DNA from: Vicinamibacteria bacterium
GTDB lineage: Bacteria > Acidobacteriota > Vicinamibacteria > Marinacidobacterales > Marinacidobacteraceae
NCBI GenBank assembly: GCA_963668695.2
Contig: CAXXLQ010000004.1
Span: forward strand, 3,616,001 to 3,680,000
DNA: 64,000 nucleotides
Reading direction: 5' to 3'
In this document: positions 1-9,936 of the stretch, piece after piece
Position numbering within the stretch: position 1 is the first letter of the stretch
Layout: every line of letters starts with the position of its first letter
The notes under the pieces: generated by a model
Told to the model about the DNA's origin: nothing
The model's input: only the letters and a program-made list of their open reading frames with translations
Database searches by the model: none
Position numbers and translations under genes: made by a program

Positions 1-28
1 ATGTGGTGACGGCAACAGACCTCCGCCC

Positions 29-1675
29 GTGAGAATCCTCGGCCGGAGCCCGCAAGGGTTCCTCATTCCGCTGCTCCTGCTCGCGGCCGGCGTCACCGGC
101 TGCGCGACCAGCCGTCACTTGACGGCCGGAGAGACCGCGGAACGCCTCGGCCGCTTCGACGACGCCGTGGTGCACTACGCCCGGGCGGTCGCGGATGACC
201 CCTCCGATTTGGCCGCCGCGCTGTCCCTGACGCGCGCGAAGCTGCGCGCCGCCGAGGGGCACGCGAAGGAGGCGGAGCGCCTCGCGGCGCAGAAGGACTA
301 CCCCGGGGCGGAGGACGCCCTCCGGGCGGCCATCATCCTGGCGCCGGATGAGATGTCTTACCGGGAACGGTTGGCCATCATCCAGGAGGCGGTCGAGGGA
401 CAGGCCGAGGAAACACGGGCGCTGACTCTCGCGGAGTTGAAGAAAGAGGCTCTGACCCGGCCGCTGGGGCTCGATATGCCCGAAGACGCCCGGGCGCCGG
501 CGAGCTTCGTGTTCCGCGATGCGAGCCTTCGCTATGTCCTGCTGACCATCGGCGAGATCGCCGGCGTCAACGTCGCCTTCGACGAAGACTTCGTGGATCA
601 GAGCGTCTCGATCGAGGCGGAGGATTCCTCTTTCGAGGACGTGATCCGCAGCCTGACCGAAACCACCGGCCACTTCTTCCGCGTCGAGTCACCCCACCTG
701 ATCACCATCGTTCCGGACACCCAGAACAAGCGGCTCCAGTACGAGCGGCAGGTGGCGCAGACCTTCTACCTGTCGTCGGCGGATCTCGTCGAGACGGCGG
801 ACACGCTCCGCATCGTCCTGGGAATCCGCCAGATCGCTCAGCACGCCGGGACCAACTCCATCACGATGGTGGACACCTGGGAGCAGGTCCGTTCCGCGCA
901 GCGCATCATCAAGGCGCTCGACCGGAGTCCCGGCGAGGTGGTCGTGGACGTGGAACTCATGGAGGTGAATCGGACCCACCTGGAGCAATACGGCATTCCC
1001 CTGCTGTCCGCCGGCTCCGAGGCCATTTCGGTAGCTCTCACCCCCCGGCTGGACACCGTGCTCCAAAACCCCTACGAGCGCGGCAACCTCCAGATCGCGG
1101 GACTCCCCGGCGCGATCCTGAACCTGGTCCGCTCGGATAGCGACACCCACGTGCTCGCCAACCCGCAGCTCCGGGCTTCCGACGGCAAGACCGCGACCGC
1201 CGATTTCGGCGAACGGGTTCCGGTTCCGGTGACCACCTTCGCTCCGTTCGCGGCCGGAGGACTCGCCCAGCAGCCGACCACGACGTTCGAGTACGAAAAC
1301 GTCGGGGTAAGCATCGAGGTGCGTCCCCGGATCCACCACGACGACAGCGTGACGCTGGAGATCAAGGTCCGCCTCGACAACGTGTCGGGCACCGGGTATT
1401 CCGGGCTGCCGACCTTCGGGAACCGGAACGTGGAGACGACGCTTCGCCTCAGGAACGGCGAGACCAGCATGATCGCCGGACTCATCCGTCAGGAGGAGCG
1501 GAGCAGCCTGAGCGGGCTTCCCGGAATCGCCGATATCCCCGTGATCGGGCGGCTGTTCGGCCAGAACTCCAACAACTCATCGGAGTCCGACATCATCCTG
1601 ACCATCACCCCGAGGATCGCGCGGCGTGCGGATCTCGACCGGGAGACCCTGCTGCCGCACATCGTCCGGCGCTGA
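29..1675 (+). CDS. Secretin (GspD/PilQ family) with N-terminal lipobox and TPR region
   Basis: Lipobox VTGC; helical TPR-like N-terminus; secretin C-domain motifs (NPQLRASDGKTA, VGVSIEVRPRIH, GLPGIADIPVIGRLFG). Confidence 0.9.
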   Translation: MRILGRSPQGFLIPLLLLAAGVTGCATSRHLTAGETAERLGRFDDAVVHYARAVADDPSDLAAALSLTRAKLRAAEGHAKEAERLAAQKDYPGAEDALRAAIILAPDEMSYRERLAIIQEAVEGQAEETRALTLAELKKEALTRPLGLDMPEDARAPASFVFRDASLRYVLLTIGEIAGVNVAFDEDFVDQSVSIEAEDSSFEDVIRSLTETTGHFFRVESPHLITIVPDTQNKRLQYERQVAQTFYLSSADLVETADTLRIVLGIRQIAQHAGTNSITMVDTWEQVRSAQRIIKALDRSPGEVVVDVELMEVNRTHLEQYGIPLLSAGSEAISVALTPRLDTVLQNPYERGNLQIAGLPGAILNLVRSDSDTHVLANPQLRASDGKTATADFGERVPVPVTTFAPFAAGGLAQQPTTTFEYENVGVSIEVRPRIHHDDSVTLEIKVRLDNVSGTGYSGLPTFGNRNVETTLRLRNGETSMIAGLIRQEERSSLSGLPGIADIPVIGRLFGQNSNNSSESDIILTITPRIARRADLDRETLLPHIVRR

Positions 1676-1789
1676 CCCCGTCGGGCGGTTCGGGGACGGG
1701 GCGCCGTCGCCATTCCGGATTGGAATCTCCCCATGAGTGCGCTCAGGCGGGCGCCCCGTCCCCGAACCGCCCGGCGCTTCGCGCCGCGC

Positions 1790-1976
1790 TTCCGAAGTGC
1801 GGCAAGAGCCGCACGGAGACCCCGGAGCAGGAGGGGTTGGGGGAGGTCGGGGAACCCGACTCCCCTCCGTCCGCAGCTCGGGCTTCCGGAGTGCGGCGAG
1901 AGCCGCGCGGAGACCCCGGAGCAGGAGCGGCTGGGGTCGGGGGACCCGACTCCCAGCCGCTCCTGGCTCGGGAATC
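1790..1976. repeat. Two tandem copies of a GC-rich hairpin module (CGGAGACCCCGGAGCAGGAG...GGTCGGGGxACCCGAC...CTCGGG)
   Basis: Direct repeat seen by eye; the same module occurs inside the elements at ~24470-24560 and, inverted, ~48420-48510. Confidence 0.7.
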
Positions 1977-2264
1977 GCAACTCCCTTGCGCGCCCGAAAG
2001 CGCGCGGCGGCGAGTTCCGATTCGTCGTTGTCGTCTTGTGAAAGGGGGAGTTCCCCCTTTCACACTTTCCCCCTGATCTCGCCGGCGGCGCACCCTCCGG
2101 GTCCGCCGCCATTTCTTTTCCTGCTCATCCGGCTCCACTCCATATTTCTCACACCCACAGCCTTTCCTCGTGCCGGAGTCGGCACCACAAGAGTGCCGAG
2201 CTGCCACAGCGGTGAATGGCACGGGCTGGGCCGTGAGGGTGGATGGCGGTGCTTTCGCTCCCCC

Positions 2265-2399
2265 GCGGGGGTGGCCAGGGGTGCGTTTCGCCGTCCCCGA
2301 CCAGGTCGGTGCGATAGGAGTGATTGGGACGGGAGTTTCGCGGCCTTCGGCCGCGATGCCGGTCTGAAGGCCCCCACCGGGAGAACTGGCCGGCGCTCC
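2265..2399. repeat. REP/REPIN-like repeat ending in GATGCCGGTCTGAAG[20-mer]CCGGCGCTCC
   Basis: Reverse-complement homologue of 20032-20140; lies between convergent genes. Confidence 0.7.
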
Positions 2400-2423
2400 T
2401 GGGCGGCGCTCCTGGGCGGGTGC

Positions 2424-3875
2424 CTACCGGGTGAGCCCGGCCGCGGCGGCTTCCGGGACGCCGCCGAAATGACCGTTCGAGAGGAACAGGAAGACGGTCT
2501 GGTCGTCTCCACCGGCAAGTTCGCCCACCCGCCGGAGAAGCGCGGGGTGATCGCTCAGCACCTCCGCCGGCACGCCTCCCGACTCGAGGTCGAGGGCCAG
2601 ACGGTCGAGATCGAGGGACGCGGTTCCCGGCAGTCGGCGGCCGCGGCTCTCGCCGGCCGAGGAGGCCAGCAGGACCCGGTTCGCCGGCCGGAACGCCTCC
2701 GCGAACCGGTCCTGGAACACCGCGCTGCGAGCGGTGAAGGAGCGCGGTTCGAAGACCGGCACGAGACGCGCCTCCGGCCAGCGACCCGACGCCGCCTCGA
2801 TGACCGCCTCGACGGCGGTCGGGTGATGGGCAAAGTCCCGGACCACCAGCACCCGTCCATCCGGACTCGCACCAAGACGCTCGAGCCGCCGCTCCACCCC
2901 TGAAAACCGGCGGACGGCGTCGCGGATCGCTTCCCATTCGACACCGAGCCACTCGGCCGCGGCAGCCGCCGCCAGGACGTTCCGCGCCGAAGCCCGACCC
3001 CAGAACCGGCCCTCGAGGGGCGGCCGCGCCACCCCTCGAAACGACGGCAGGAGGCGGCTTCCGGAAGCGCCGCTCGCCTCGATGACCGCGGTCCAGTCGG
3101 CCCGAGCGTCGCCCCCGGGGGGTACGGAGAACGTCTGCACCGTGGTGTGGGCCGCCGAGGCGAGTTCGGCAGCGGCTGCCGAATCGGCGCCCAGCAGCAG
3201 GAGGCCGCGGCGCGGAGGCAGCCGGGCCAGAAAGGAAAACTGCCGCCGGACTGCCGCGAAATCGGCGTAGATGTCCGCGTGGTCGAACTCGACGTTGCCG
3301 ACGATGGCCACCTCCGGCAGGTAGTGGAGGAATTTGGGCCCCTTGTCCCAGTACGCCGTGTCGTATTCGTCGCCCTCGACAACGAAGGGCTCACCGGGCG
3401 CCCCCAACTCGAAACTCCCTCCGAGATCGCTCGCCACGCCTCCGACGAGGAAGCCCACATCCCGTCCCGCGGCCCGCAGAATCCAGGCGAGCAGCGAGGT
3501 CGTGGTCGTCTTCCCGTGGGTCCCGGCAACGACCACCGGCAACCGCGGACGGAGGACAAGTTCCCGGAGCGTTTCCGGGAAGGACACGAGCGGCAGGCGG
3601 CGATCGAGCGCCGCCTCCAGCTCGGGATTCCCGCGCGAGATCGCGTTTCCCACGATCACCGCACGACAAGCGTCGGGGAGATTCTCCGGCCCAAACGGCG
3701 TTCGAACCGCAATCCCCTCCTTTTCGAGGACCGTGGACATCGGGGGATAGGCCCCCTGGTCCGATCCGGTCACCAGATAGCCGAGCCGGGTGAGGAGTCC
3801 CGCGAGGGAGGCCATCGCGGTTCCCGCCACTCCGAGGACGTGGAGGGGATCGCCCGCCCGCAGCCCCTGGATCAC
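2424..3875 (-). CDS. mpl: UDP-N-acetylmuramate:L-alanyl-gamma-D-glutamyl-meso-DAP ligase (murein peptide ligase)
   Basis: GVAGTAMASLA, GNAISRGNPELE, AGTHGKTTT, EGDEYDTAYWDKGPKF, DFAHHPTAV; GTG start overlaps the upstream stop (GTGA). Confidence 0.9.
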   Translation of the reverse strand: MIQGLRAGDPLHVLGVAGTAMASLAGLLTRLGYLVTGSDQGAYPPMSTVLEKEGIAVRTPFGPENLPDACRAVIVGNAISRGNPELEAALDRRLPLVSFPETLRELVLRPRLPVVVAGTHGKTTTTSLLAWILRAAGRDVGFLVGGVASDLGGSFELGAPGEPFVVEGDEYDTAYWDKGPKFLHYLPEVAIVGNVEFDHADIYADFAAVRRQFSFLARLPPRRGLLLLGADSAAAAELASAAHTTVQTFSVPPGGDARADWTAVIEASGASGSRLLPSFRGVARPPLEGRFWGRASARNVLAAAAAAEWLGVEWEAIRDAVRRFSGVERRLERLGASPDGRVLVVRDFAHHPTAVEAVIEAASGRWPEARLVPVFEPRSFTARSAVFQDRFAEAFRPANRVLLASSAGESRGRRLPGTASLDLDRLALDLESGGVPAEVLSDHPALLRRVGELAGGDDQTVFLFLSNGHFGGVPEAAAAGLTR

Positions 3876-4789
3876 GCCACGGCGCCTTCCAGGAGGGTCA
3901 GTCCGTCGGCGTCCATGCGGGCGCGCACCTCGAACGGGACCGTGCGGCACGGATCCCCGTCCGTGTGTCCGGTGGCGAAACCGAAGACGGTGGGAACCCC
4001 GAAAGGCTCGCTGAGGCGAGCCAGGAGTTCCGCCGTCGTGTACCCCTGGTCCGGGTGCTGGGTGCAGCCGGGCATCTGGCCGAAGACGATGCCGCGCACC
4101 CCGTCCAGCAGTCCGGCGAACGACAACTGGGTCAGCATCCGCTCGATCTGGTACGGCTTGACGGAAACGTCCTCGACAACGGCGATGGCGCCGCGGAAGG
4201 AAGTCGCGAAACGGGTGCCCGCCAGCGCCGCGAGCATCGAGAGACAGCCTCCCCGGAGAACGCCCTCCGCACGGCCTGGATGGAGGCTTTCCGCGCCCCG
4301 CCAGGGCAAGTGGAAACCGGGTTCCCGGGCGCGCAGGAGGCCGAGCGTCTCCTCCGGGTCCCAGCGGGAGGGGCCGCGGGCGATCTGCTGCGCCACCATG
4401 GGGCCGTGAAACGACGCGACTTCCGCCCCCGAGGCAAGCGCCAGCAGCGCCGTCAGATCGCTCCCCCCGAGAATCGCCTTCGGATTCCGCCGCAGCCGAT
4501 CCACCGGGATGCGGGGAAGCAGATCGAGGCTGCCGTATCCCCCACGAGCGCCGAACAGCGCGGTGACTCCGTCATCTTCCAGAAGCTCAAGGAAGTCCTC
4601 GGTGCGCTCGGCAGCGGACCCGGCGGTGTATCCCCGCCGGTTGAGCAGATGTCTTGCCCGGCGCGGGACGAGTCCGACGCGCCGGAGTTCCGCTTCGCCC
4701 GCTTCGAGCCAGGGGAGCTGCACCGGACTGGCCGGCGCCAGGATCCCCACCGTCGCACCGGGATGGACCGCGGGGGGCCGGAATGCCAT
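3872..4789 (-). CDS. ldcA: LD-carboxypeptidase (peptidase S66)
   Basis: GILAPAS, ARGGYGS, GGSDLTAL (catalytic Ser), HGPM, GGCLS, ED, FATGH. Confidence 0.88.
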   Translation of the reverse strand: MAFRPPAVHPGATVGILAPASPVQLPWLEAGEAELRRVGLVPRRARHLLNRRGYTAGSAAERTEDFLELLEDDGVTALFGARGGYGSLDLLPRIPVDRLRRNPKAILGGSDLTALLALASGAEVASFHGPMVAQQIARGPSRWDPEETLGLLRAREPGFHLPWRGAESLHPGRAEGVLRGGCLSMLAALAGTRFATSFRGAIAVVEDVSVKPYQIERMLTQLSFAGLLDGVRGIVFGQMPGCTQHPDQGYTTAELLARLSEPFGVPTVFGFATGHTDGDPCRTVPFEVRARMDADGLTLLEGAVA

Positions 4790-5400
4790 CAGCGAAGGAG
4801 CCAGGAGGCGGCGGCCAGGACGGCCAGTGAAACGAGGACCACGAAAAGAACCCGCAACCGCGTGCGCCGCGGCTCTCCCGGAAGCGGTCCGGCGACATAG
4901 AGCCTCGGCGTCCTGGCGGGGGGCCACGGCTCGGTCTCGTGGCCGGCCGGTTCCTCCCCCTCGGCCGCCTCGGGAGCCATCGCCTCCGCCAGGGCGTCCG
5001 CGGTTGGCTCCGCTCCGGAGCGCGCGTCGGTCCCCTCCGTCGCACCAGCCTCGCCGAACGATTCGATGCGGCAGCGGGCGCCGCCAAAGAACAGGACGTC
5101 ACCGGGATGGATGCGCACCCGGGTGGGTACCGGGGCGCCGTTGACGCGGCTCTGGTTGGTGCTCTCCAGATCTTCGAGATGCAGTTCGAGGTCTCGGAGT
5201 ACGAGCCGCGCGTGTCTTCGGCTCACGAACATGTCGTCGAGCCGGACGGTGCACCCGGGAGATCGGCCGATGGTGGTTTCCCGGTTCTGAATCTCGTAGC
5301 GGGCCGGCGGCGGCTGGCGGTCTCCGGGGGAGTCGCCGGACCGGACGTTCTCCACCACGAGTTCGTAGAGCGCGGGGGTCGAGCCCGAGTCAGGGGTCAC
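4789..5400 (-). CDS. FHA-domain protein with C-terminal membrane anchor
   Basis: TIGRS...VSRRHA...DLESTNQSRVNG FHA motifs; hydrophobic C-terminus. Confidence 0.85.
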   Translation of the reverse strand: MTPDSGSTPALYELVVENVRSGDSPGDRQPPPARYEIQNRETTIGRSPGCTVRLDDMFVSRRHARLVLRDLELHLEDLESTNQSRVNGAPVPTRVRIHPGDVLFFGGARCRIESFGEAGATEGTDARSGAEPTADALAEAMAPEAAEGEEPAGHETEPWPPARTPRLYVAGPLPGEPRRTRLRVLFVVLVSLAVLAAASWLLR

Positions 5401-7466
5401 CGCGCCATTCCGAGCCGCCGGAGAGCCAGGGGCGCGAGCAGCGGTCCGTCGTGGGTCACGAGCGTGGCCCCGGTCACCTCGGCGGCGGCCTCGAACAGCT
5501 GTGCGGCCCGCGCGCGTTCCCCGAGCGCCTCAAGGGCGAGCGCCCGGTAGTAGAGGACCGTTCCGTCGCCGATACCCGGGCCGGTGGGGGCCCGCACTTC
5601 GTTCAGATACCGGACCAGCGCCCTCTCGGGATCCCCAAGCCGGATCCAGCAGATGCCGGCTTCGAGCTGCCGGGTCGCATCGCCCCGGCCTCGCGCGAAG
5701 TCGGCCTCGAGTTCCACCAGGCGCCGATTGCACTGTCCCGCGGAAAGCGAGGGCAGAACCGGCGTCTCGGAGAGCACCAGGCGCAGTTGCCGCTCGGCTC
5801 CCTCGCGCCGCACGACGAGGTCGATCGTGGTGTCCGGCGGCTCCATGGCGACGAGCTCCGCGAGCGCGAGCTCGTCGGACAGAAGGCGGCCCTCGATTTC
5901 GCGAAGCTCGTCTCCCGGTTCCATCCCGGCGAGCACGGCGGGGCCCGCCGGATGCACGCTCGCAACCTGGAGCCCCCTGGCCCCTCCCTCTTCGCCGGAA
6001 CTCGCGAGCGCCACCGCGGTCAGCCCGAGCCAGGACCGCCGCCGCCTGGGTGGTGTCAGGAGCCGCTCCGTGGCGGCGCCCGCGCTCGCGGGGGAGAAGC
6101 GATCGAACGGGACCACATCCGGCACCCGGGAACCCGCGGCGAGGAACTCGACCCGGGCTGGCCCGCTGCCGGATTCGGGGAGCCGGATCCGGACCCGCGC
6201 CTGGACCTCGTGTTCATCCAGCTCGTCCACGACGAAGTAGCCCTCCCTCGCCCGCAGGACGCGGTCGACCTCCCGGTCCGCTTCCGACGCTCCGTCCGGC
6301 CCGCTCGGGGTCAGCGCGAGAACCGGAAGCACCTCGCACGATATTGCCGTCCGGGAACCGCGCGAGACGGTGAAGGAGCGAACGCAGCGGCCGGCGCGAT
6401 GGTAGATCTCGACCTCGTGCTCTCCGGAGCACATCGCCGAAAATGAGACCGGCGTCACCCCTTGTTCCTCGCCGTCGAGCACGACCGTTCCGCCACTCGG
6501 TTCGCTCTCGATCCTGAGCCCGCCCGTGGAAGGCCGGAGCCTCAGGAAGCGGGGCAGATAGTCGCGGGCTTCGTCGGCGTGAAACGTGAACCGCGAAGGA
6601 GTCCGGCAAGGCGCCTCCAGGGTGATTTCGTTGGCCCCCGTTTCCAGGTTCCCGAGCTGAAGCGGCGCGGAGAATTCGTCGCGGGCGAAGCGCGGCGGGA
6701 CCAGCGGACGGAGATCCTCCGGAAGACTGCCGCCAGTCACTCCCGCCACGCGGCCTCCGACGCGCACGGTGACGCCCGCCGGCGAGGTGACCACGGAAAG
6801 CACCGGACGGCTGCGCTCCATCTCGTGCTCGATCGAGATCATTTCGCCCGCCAGCACTTCGCGGCGCGGTTCGGTGTACACGGCGTATCCCGGCCGCTGC
6901 AGCCGAATCGTGACGAGTCCGGCGAATAGCGGCCGGCCGGTGAGGGGCGTGACGCCGACCGCTTCATCTTCGACGAACACGGTTACGCCGGCCGGCTCGG
7001 TAAGGACGCTCAGATGGGCGAGCAGCTCACCCCGCTGCTGTTCGAACAGATCCACCGCCGCCGGAGAAAGTCCGGGCAGGTCGAGGCGCCAGGTCGGATC
7101 GGCCAGGATGAGCAGACGCAGGTCGTCCGCGGCCTGCTCCCGGGATTCCCGAGTCAGGTGGACTCGGGCCCGGTACTCGAGCGCCCTCAGGAAGAGCTCG
7201 GTCTCGACCTCCGGAAGCCTCCCCTGCGCGTCCCGGGCCGCATCGAGTTCGTCGAGGATCGCGGTCAGAGCGAGCACCGCCTCCACGGCCAGGTCGGGAT
7301 CTCCGGTCTGCGGACGCAGGGCCCGCAGTTCGGCGGCGATGGCGACCGGATCCTGAGAGGCCATCGTCTGCGGCGCGGCGCCCGCCGGGATCCCGAAGCC
7401 GTCCAGCGCCCCCGCCAGCAGGACCAGGATGATCCCCGCCGACACGGGGTTCTTGAAAGATCTCAC
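5397..7466 (-). CDS. Exported multi-PEGA + PDZ + TPR protein
   Basis: Signal peptide; PEGA repeats (VLTEPAGVTVFVED..GVTP; IESEPSGGTVVLDG..GVTP); PDZ-like VASVHPAGPA..AGMEPGDEL; start chosen at GTG 7466. Confidence 0.75.
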   Translation of the reverse strand: MRSFKNPVSAGIILVLLAGALDGFGIPAGAAPQTMASQDPVAIAAELRALRPQTGDPDLAVEAVLALTAILDELDAARDAQGRLPEVETELFLRALEYRARVHLTRESREQAADDLRLLILADPTWRLDLPGLSPAAVDLFEQQRGELLAHLSVLTEPAGVTVFVEDEAVGVTPLTGRPLFAGLVTIRLQRPGYAVYTEPRREVLAGEMISIEHEMERSRPVLSVVTSPAGVTVRVGGRVAGVTGGSLPEDLRPLVPPRFARDEFSAPLQLGNLETGANEITLEAPCRTPSRFTFHADEARDYLPRFLRLRPSTGGLRIESEPSGGTVVLDGEEQGVTPVSFSAMCSGEHEVEIYHRAGRCVRSFTVSRGSRTAISCEVLPVLALTPSGPDGASEADREVDRVLRAREGYFVVDELDEHEVQARVRIRLPESGSGPARVEFLAAGSRVPDVVPFDRFSPASAGAATERLLTPPRRRRSWLGLTAVALASSGEEGGARGLQVASVHPAGPAVLAGMEPGDELREIEGRLLSDELALAELVAMEPPDTTIDLVVRREGAERQLRLVLSETPVLPSLSAGQCNRRLVELEADFARGRGDATRQLEAGICWIRLGDPERALVRYLNEVRAPTGPGIGDGTVLYYRALALEALGERARAAQLFEAAAEVTGATLVTHDGPLLAPLALRRLGMAR

Positions 7467-7473
7467 CGTGCGT

Positions 7474-9045
7474 TCACCGGAGCACCGCCACCGCGTGCGT
7501 GGATTCGTCCAGCACGTAGAGCCCTCCATCGGGCCCCACGTCGAGGGATACCGGTCGGCGGACCGCACCGCCCGACCACTCTCCTCCCCTGAGCGTGACA
7601 AGCGGAGCGAAGTTCCGGTCGAAGACGGCGAGCGTCGGACCATCCCGGTCCAGAACGAAGAGGTTCCCCAACCCATCGAAGACCACGTCCACGGGCTCCG
7701 GGAAACCGGACTCCCGGGTGAGGTGGAAGATCCGCCGACCCTCCGCATCGAAAGCGAGAACTCCCTGACGCTCCTCGACGACGACCAGGTGTCCGGCGGG
7801 GTGCCGCTCGATCCGATGCACCTCGTCAAGACGGGGATGCTGCACCCGTCCGAGATGGAGGCCGGAACGGGCGAACCGGAACACCGTCTTCTCCCGGTCA
7901 TCCCAGATCCAGTACCCCTCGGGGGTGACCGTGATCGCGCGAATCCGCCGGAGCCGCTCGGGGCCGTTCGTGATCCGCAGGGTCAGAAGATTTCCGCCCA
8001 CCACCAGGGCTTCTTCGGTTGCCACCACCGGAATCGGCAAACCGCCGTTCCCCACCCCGGCATCCAAGTAGGCCAGATCCCAGGGGTTTTCAACCCCGAT
8101 CGCACCTTCGAACTCCCCGGCGCGCGAAAACGTCTGCAACTCGTCGGTGTCCCGGTCGAGAACGTGGATCCGGCCCCCTGCGATCCGCACCCGGCGCGGC
8201 CGGTCGAGCGGCTGCGGCGGCTGGATCGCACCGGTGAAACGCCAGGAAGGGCCGCCCGGCGACCGGTAGCGGGAGATGAGCGTCGCGAGTGCGCGGGCGT
8301 CTTCGGCAAGCCGGCGGGGGGAGAAGTCCCCAACGGCCTCGCCCGACGGATCGTCCCGGATCTCGTCCCGGATCGCGCGCAGGAGGTCCACGCGGAGCTC
8401 CGCCACCTCGCTGAAGGCCGCATCCGTTTCGCCGAGCCGCGCGAGGGTGCGGGCAAGCAGCAAGCGAGCGCGGAACCGCTCGGCTTCGGATGCCGGAGCG
8501 GCGCGGGTCTCGTGGAGTGCGGAGAGCAGGGCCCCCGCCACCGTCCGGTCGTCCATGAAATCGGACGCGATCCCGGCGATCCCGGTGAGCGCCGCGAAGG
8601 ACCAGGGAGAGCCCGAAGATCCGGCCGCGGTCAAGACCCGCTCGAACTCGGCCAGCGCGTCCTCGAGACGCGGCGGCAGGCTCGTGATCGCAATCCGTCC
8701 GAGCAGCAGGTGGGCTCCGGGGATCGAGTCGCCCGCCGGATACGCGCGAAAGAGACGGTCCACCATCTCCTCCGCGGCGACCGGGTCCCCCTCGACTTCG
8801 AAACGGTGCCGGGCAATTCGCAGGGCCGCGTCATCGGCGAGCCGACTCCCGGGCATGGTGTCCAGGATGGCTTCGAAATCGCGGAGCGCCTGACCGTAGC
8901 GCCCTCCCGCATAGAACTGCTCCGCACTCCGAAACCGTCGTTCGGCGGCACGTTCGAGCTGGGCATCGGTTTCCGTCTGGGCGGAAAGCGGAGACGCAAC
9001 CGCAAGCCCGATCAGAGCCGAAAGCCATGCCACGCGAGTGGTCAT
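7474..9045 (-). CDS. Exported TPR (BamD/YfiO-like) + NHL beta-propeller protein
   Basis: Signal peptide; YPAGDSIPGAHLLLG TPR-like segment; NHL-like repeats (PVDVVFDGLGNLFVLD, PVSLDVGPDGGLYVLD). Confidence 0.75.
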   Translation of the reverse strand: MTTRVAWLSALIGLAVASPLSAQTETDAQLERAAERRFRSAEQFYAGGRYGQALRDFEAILDTMPGSRLADDAALRIARHRFEVEGDPVAAEEMVDRLFRAYPAGDSIPGAHLLLGRIAITSLPPRLEDALAEFERVLTAAGSSGSPWSFAALTGIAGIASDFMDDRTVAGALLSALHETRAAPASEAERFRARLLLARTLARLGETDAAFSEVAELRVDLLRAIRDEIRDDPSGEAVGDFSPRRLAEDARALATLISRYRSPGGPSWRFTGAIQPPQPLDRPRRVRIAGGRIHVLDRDTDELQTFSRAGEFEGAIGVENPWDLAYLDAGVGNGGLPIPVVATEEALVVGGNLLTLRITNGPERLRRIRAITVTPEGYWIWDDREKTVFRFARSGLHLGRVQHPRLDEVHRIERHPAGHLVVVEERQGVLAFDAEGRRIFHLTRESGFPEPVDVVFDGLGNLFVLDRDGPTLAVFDRNFAPLVTLRGGEWSGGAVRRPVSLDVGPDGGLYVLDESTHAVAVLR

Positions 9046-9057
9046 GAAGGGGAACTG

Positions 9058-9666
9058 TCAGTTTACTCGGCGCGAACCCGCGGCAACGAACGAGGTTGCC
9101 TGTCGCGTGTCACGGAAGGAGCGGATCGCCGCCAACCCGGAGGCGCCGACGCCGCGGAGCCGATCGATGCTCTCCGGCGTCAGCCCCCCGACGACCCAGA
9201 CGGGAATCCGGAGCCGGCGGCAGGTCTCCCGGAAGACTTCCAGCGGCAAGGGGCGTTTCCCGCCGGTGGGCGCGAGCGGCCCCAGAATCACGTAGTCGGC
9301 CCCGTCCCGTTCCGCGGCAACCGCCGTGTCAAGTGCGTGAACCGAACGGCCAACCAGCAGCCGGCCGCGCGGAAAGCGGGAACGGACGACGGCAACGGGA
9401 AGGCCGGCCTCCGGCAGGTGGACACCGGCTACCGGGAACGTGGCCGCGAGCGCCAGCCGATCGTTCACGATGACCCGCGAGAGGACTTCCGGCGCCTGCG
9501 ACGCGAGGTTTTCGAGAAATCTCTCGAACTCGCGATCGGAGATCTCCCGGTCGCGCAACTGAAAAAAATCCACCCCGAGTCGCTGAAGCTCCCCGAGGTG
9601 TTCCACGGCGAGGCCGCGAACCGCGGAGATCGCGCAGTAGACGGGGCGTTCGGCCGATCCGAGCAT
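9058..9666 (-). CDS. thiE: Thiamine phosphate synthase / TenI family
   Basis: FQLRDR, VIVNDR, GVHL, VGRSVH, GADYVILGP, VGG motifs. Confidence 0.75.
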   Translation of the reverse strand: MLGSAERPVYCAISAVRGLAVEHLGELQRLGVDFFQLRDREISDREFERFLENLASQAPEVLSRVIVNDRLALAATFPVAGVHLPEAGLPVAVVRSRFPRGRLLVGRSVHALDTAVAAERDGADYVILGPLAPTGGKRPLPLEVFRETCRRLRIPVWVVGGLTPESIDRLRGVGASGLAAIRSFRDTRQATSFVAAGSRRVN

Positions 9667-9699
9667 CGCGCCGACGATGGAGCGCCCCAAGAAAGCCGC

Positions 9700-9936
9700 C
9701 TAACAGCCTGTGGCAAAACCCACGCGGCCCAGTTCTCCCGGTGGGGGCTCGACCGGCGATCCATCCCGGCTGAACCACTCCGCTTCGCTGCGTTCTGCAT
9801 TGCGGTCGAAATACACCCGGGCCAGTTCTCCCGGTGGGGGCTCCTCCCTCACGCGCCTTGTCAGCCGGGCGCCTCGCCCCCACCGGGAGAACTGGCCGGC
9901 CTCGGCGCTCACGTGGGTTCCACCACCGGCTGCTAA
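9700..9936. mobile_element. YTAR-flanked hairpin MITE-like element, copy A
   Basis: CTAA-CAGCCTGTGG...CCACCGGCTG-CTAA; conserved core; three copies of the 20-mer. Confidence 0.8.

Noticed and set aside
7429-9936. 835-aa + strand ORF, and similar long ORFs at 16538-19012, 33253-34992, 55835-57859 and 37138-38799
   Set aside because: Antisense shadows of recognisable genes, expected in high-GC DNA
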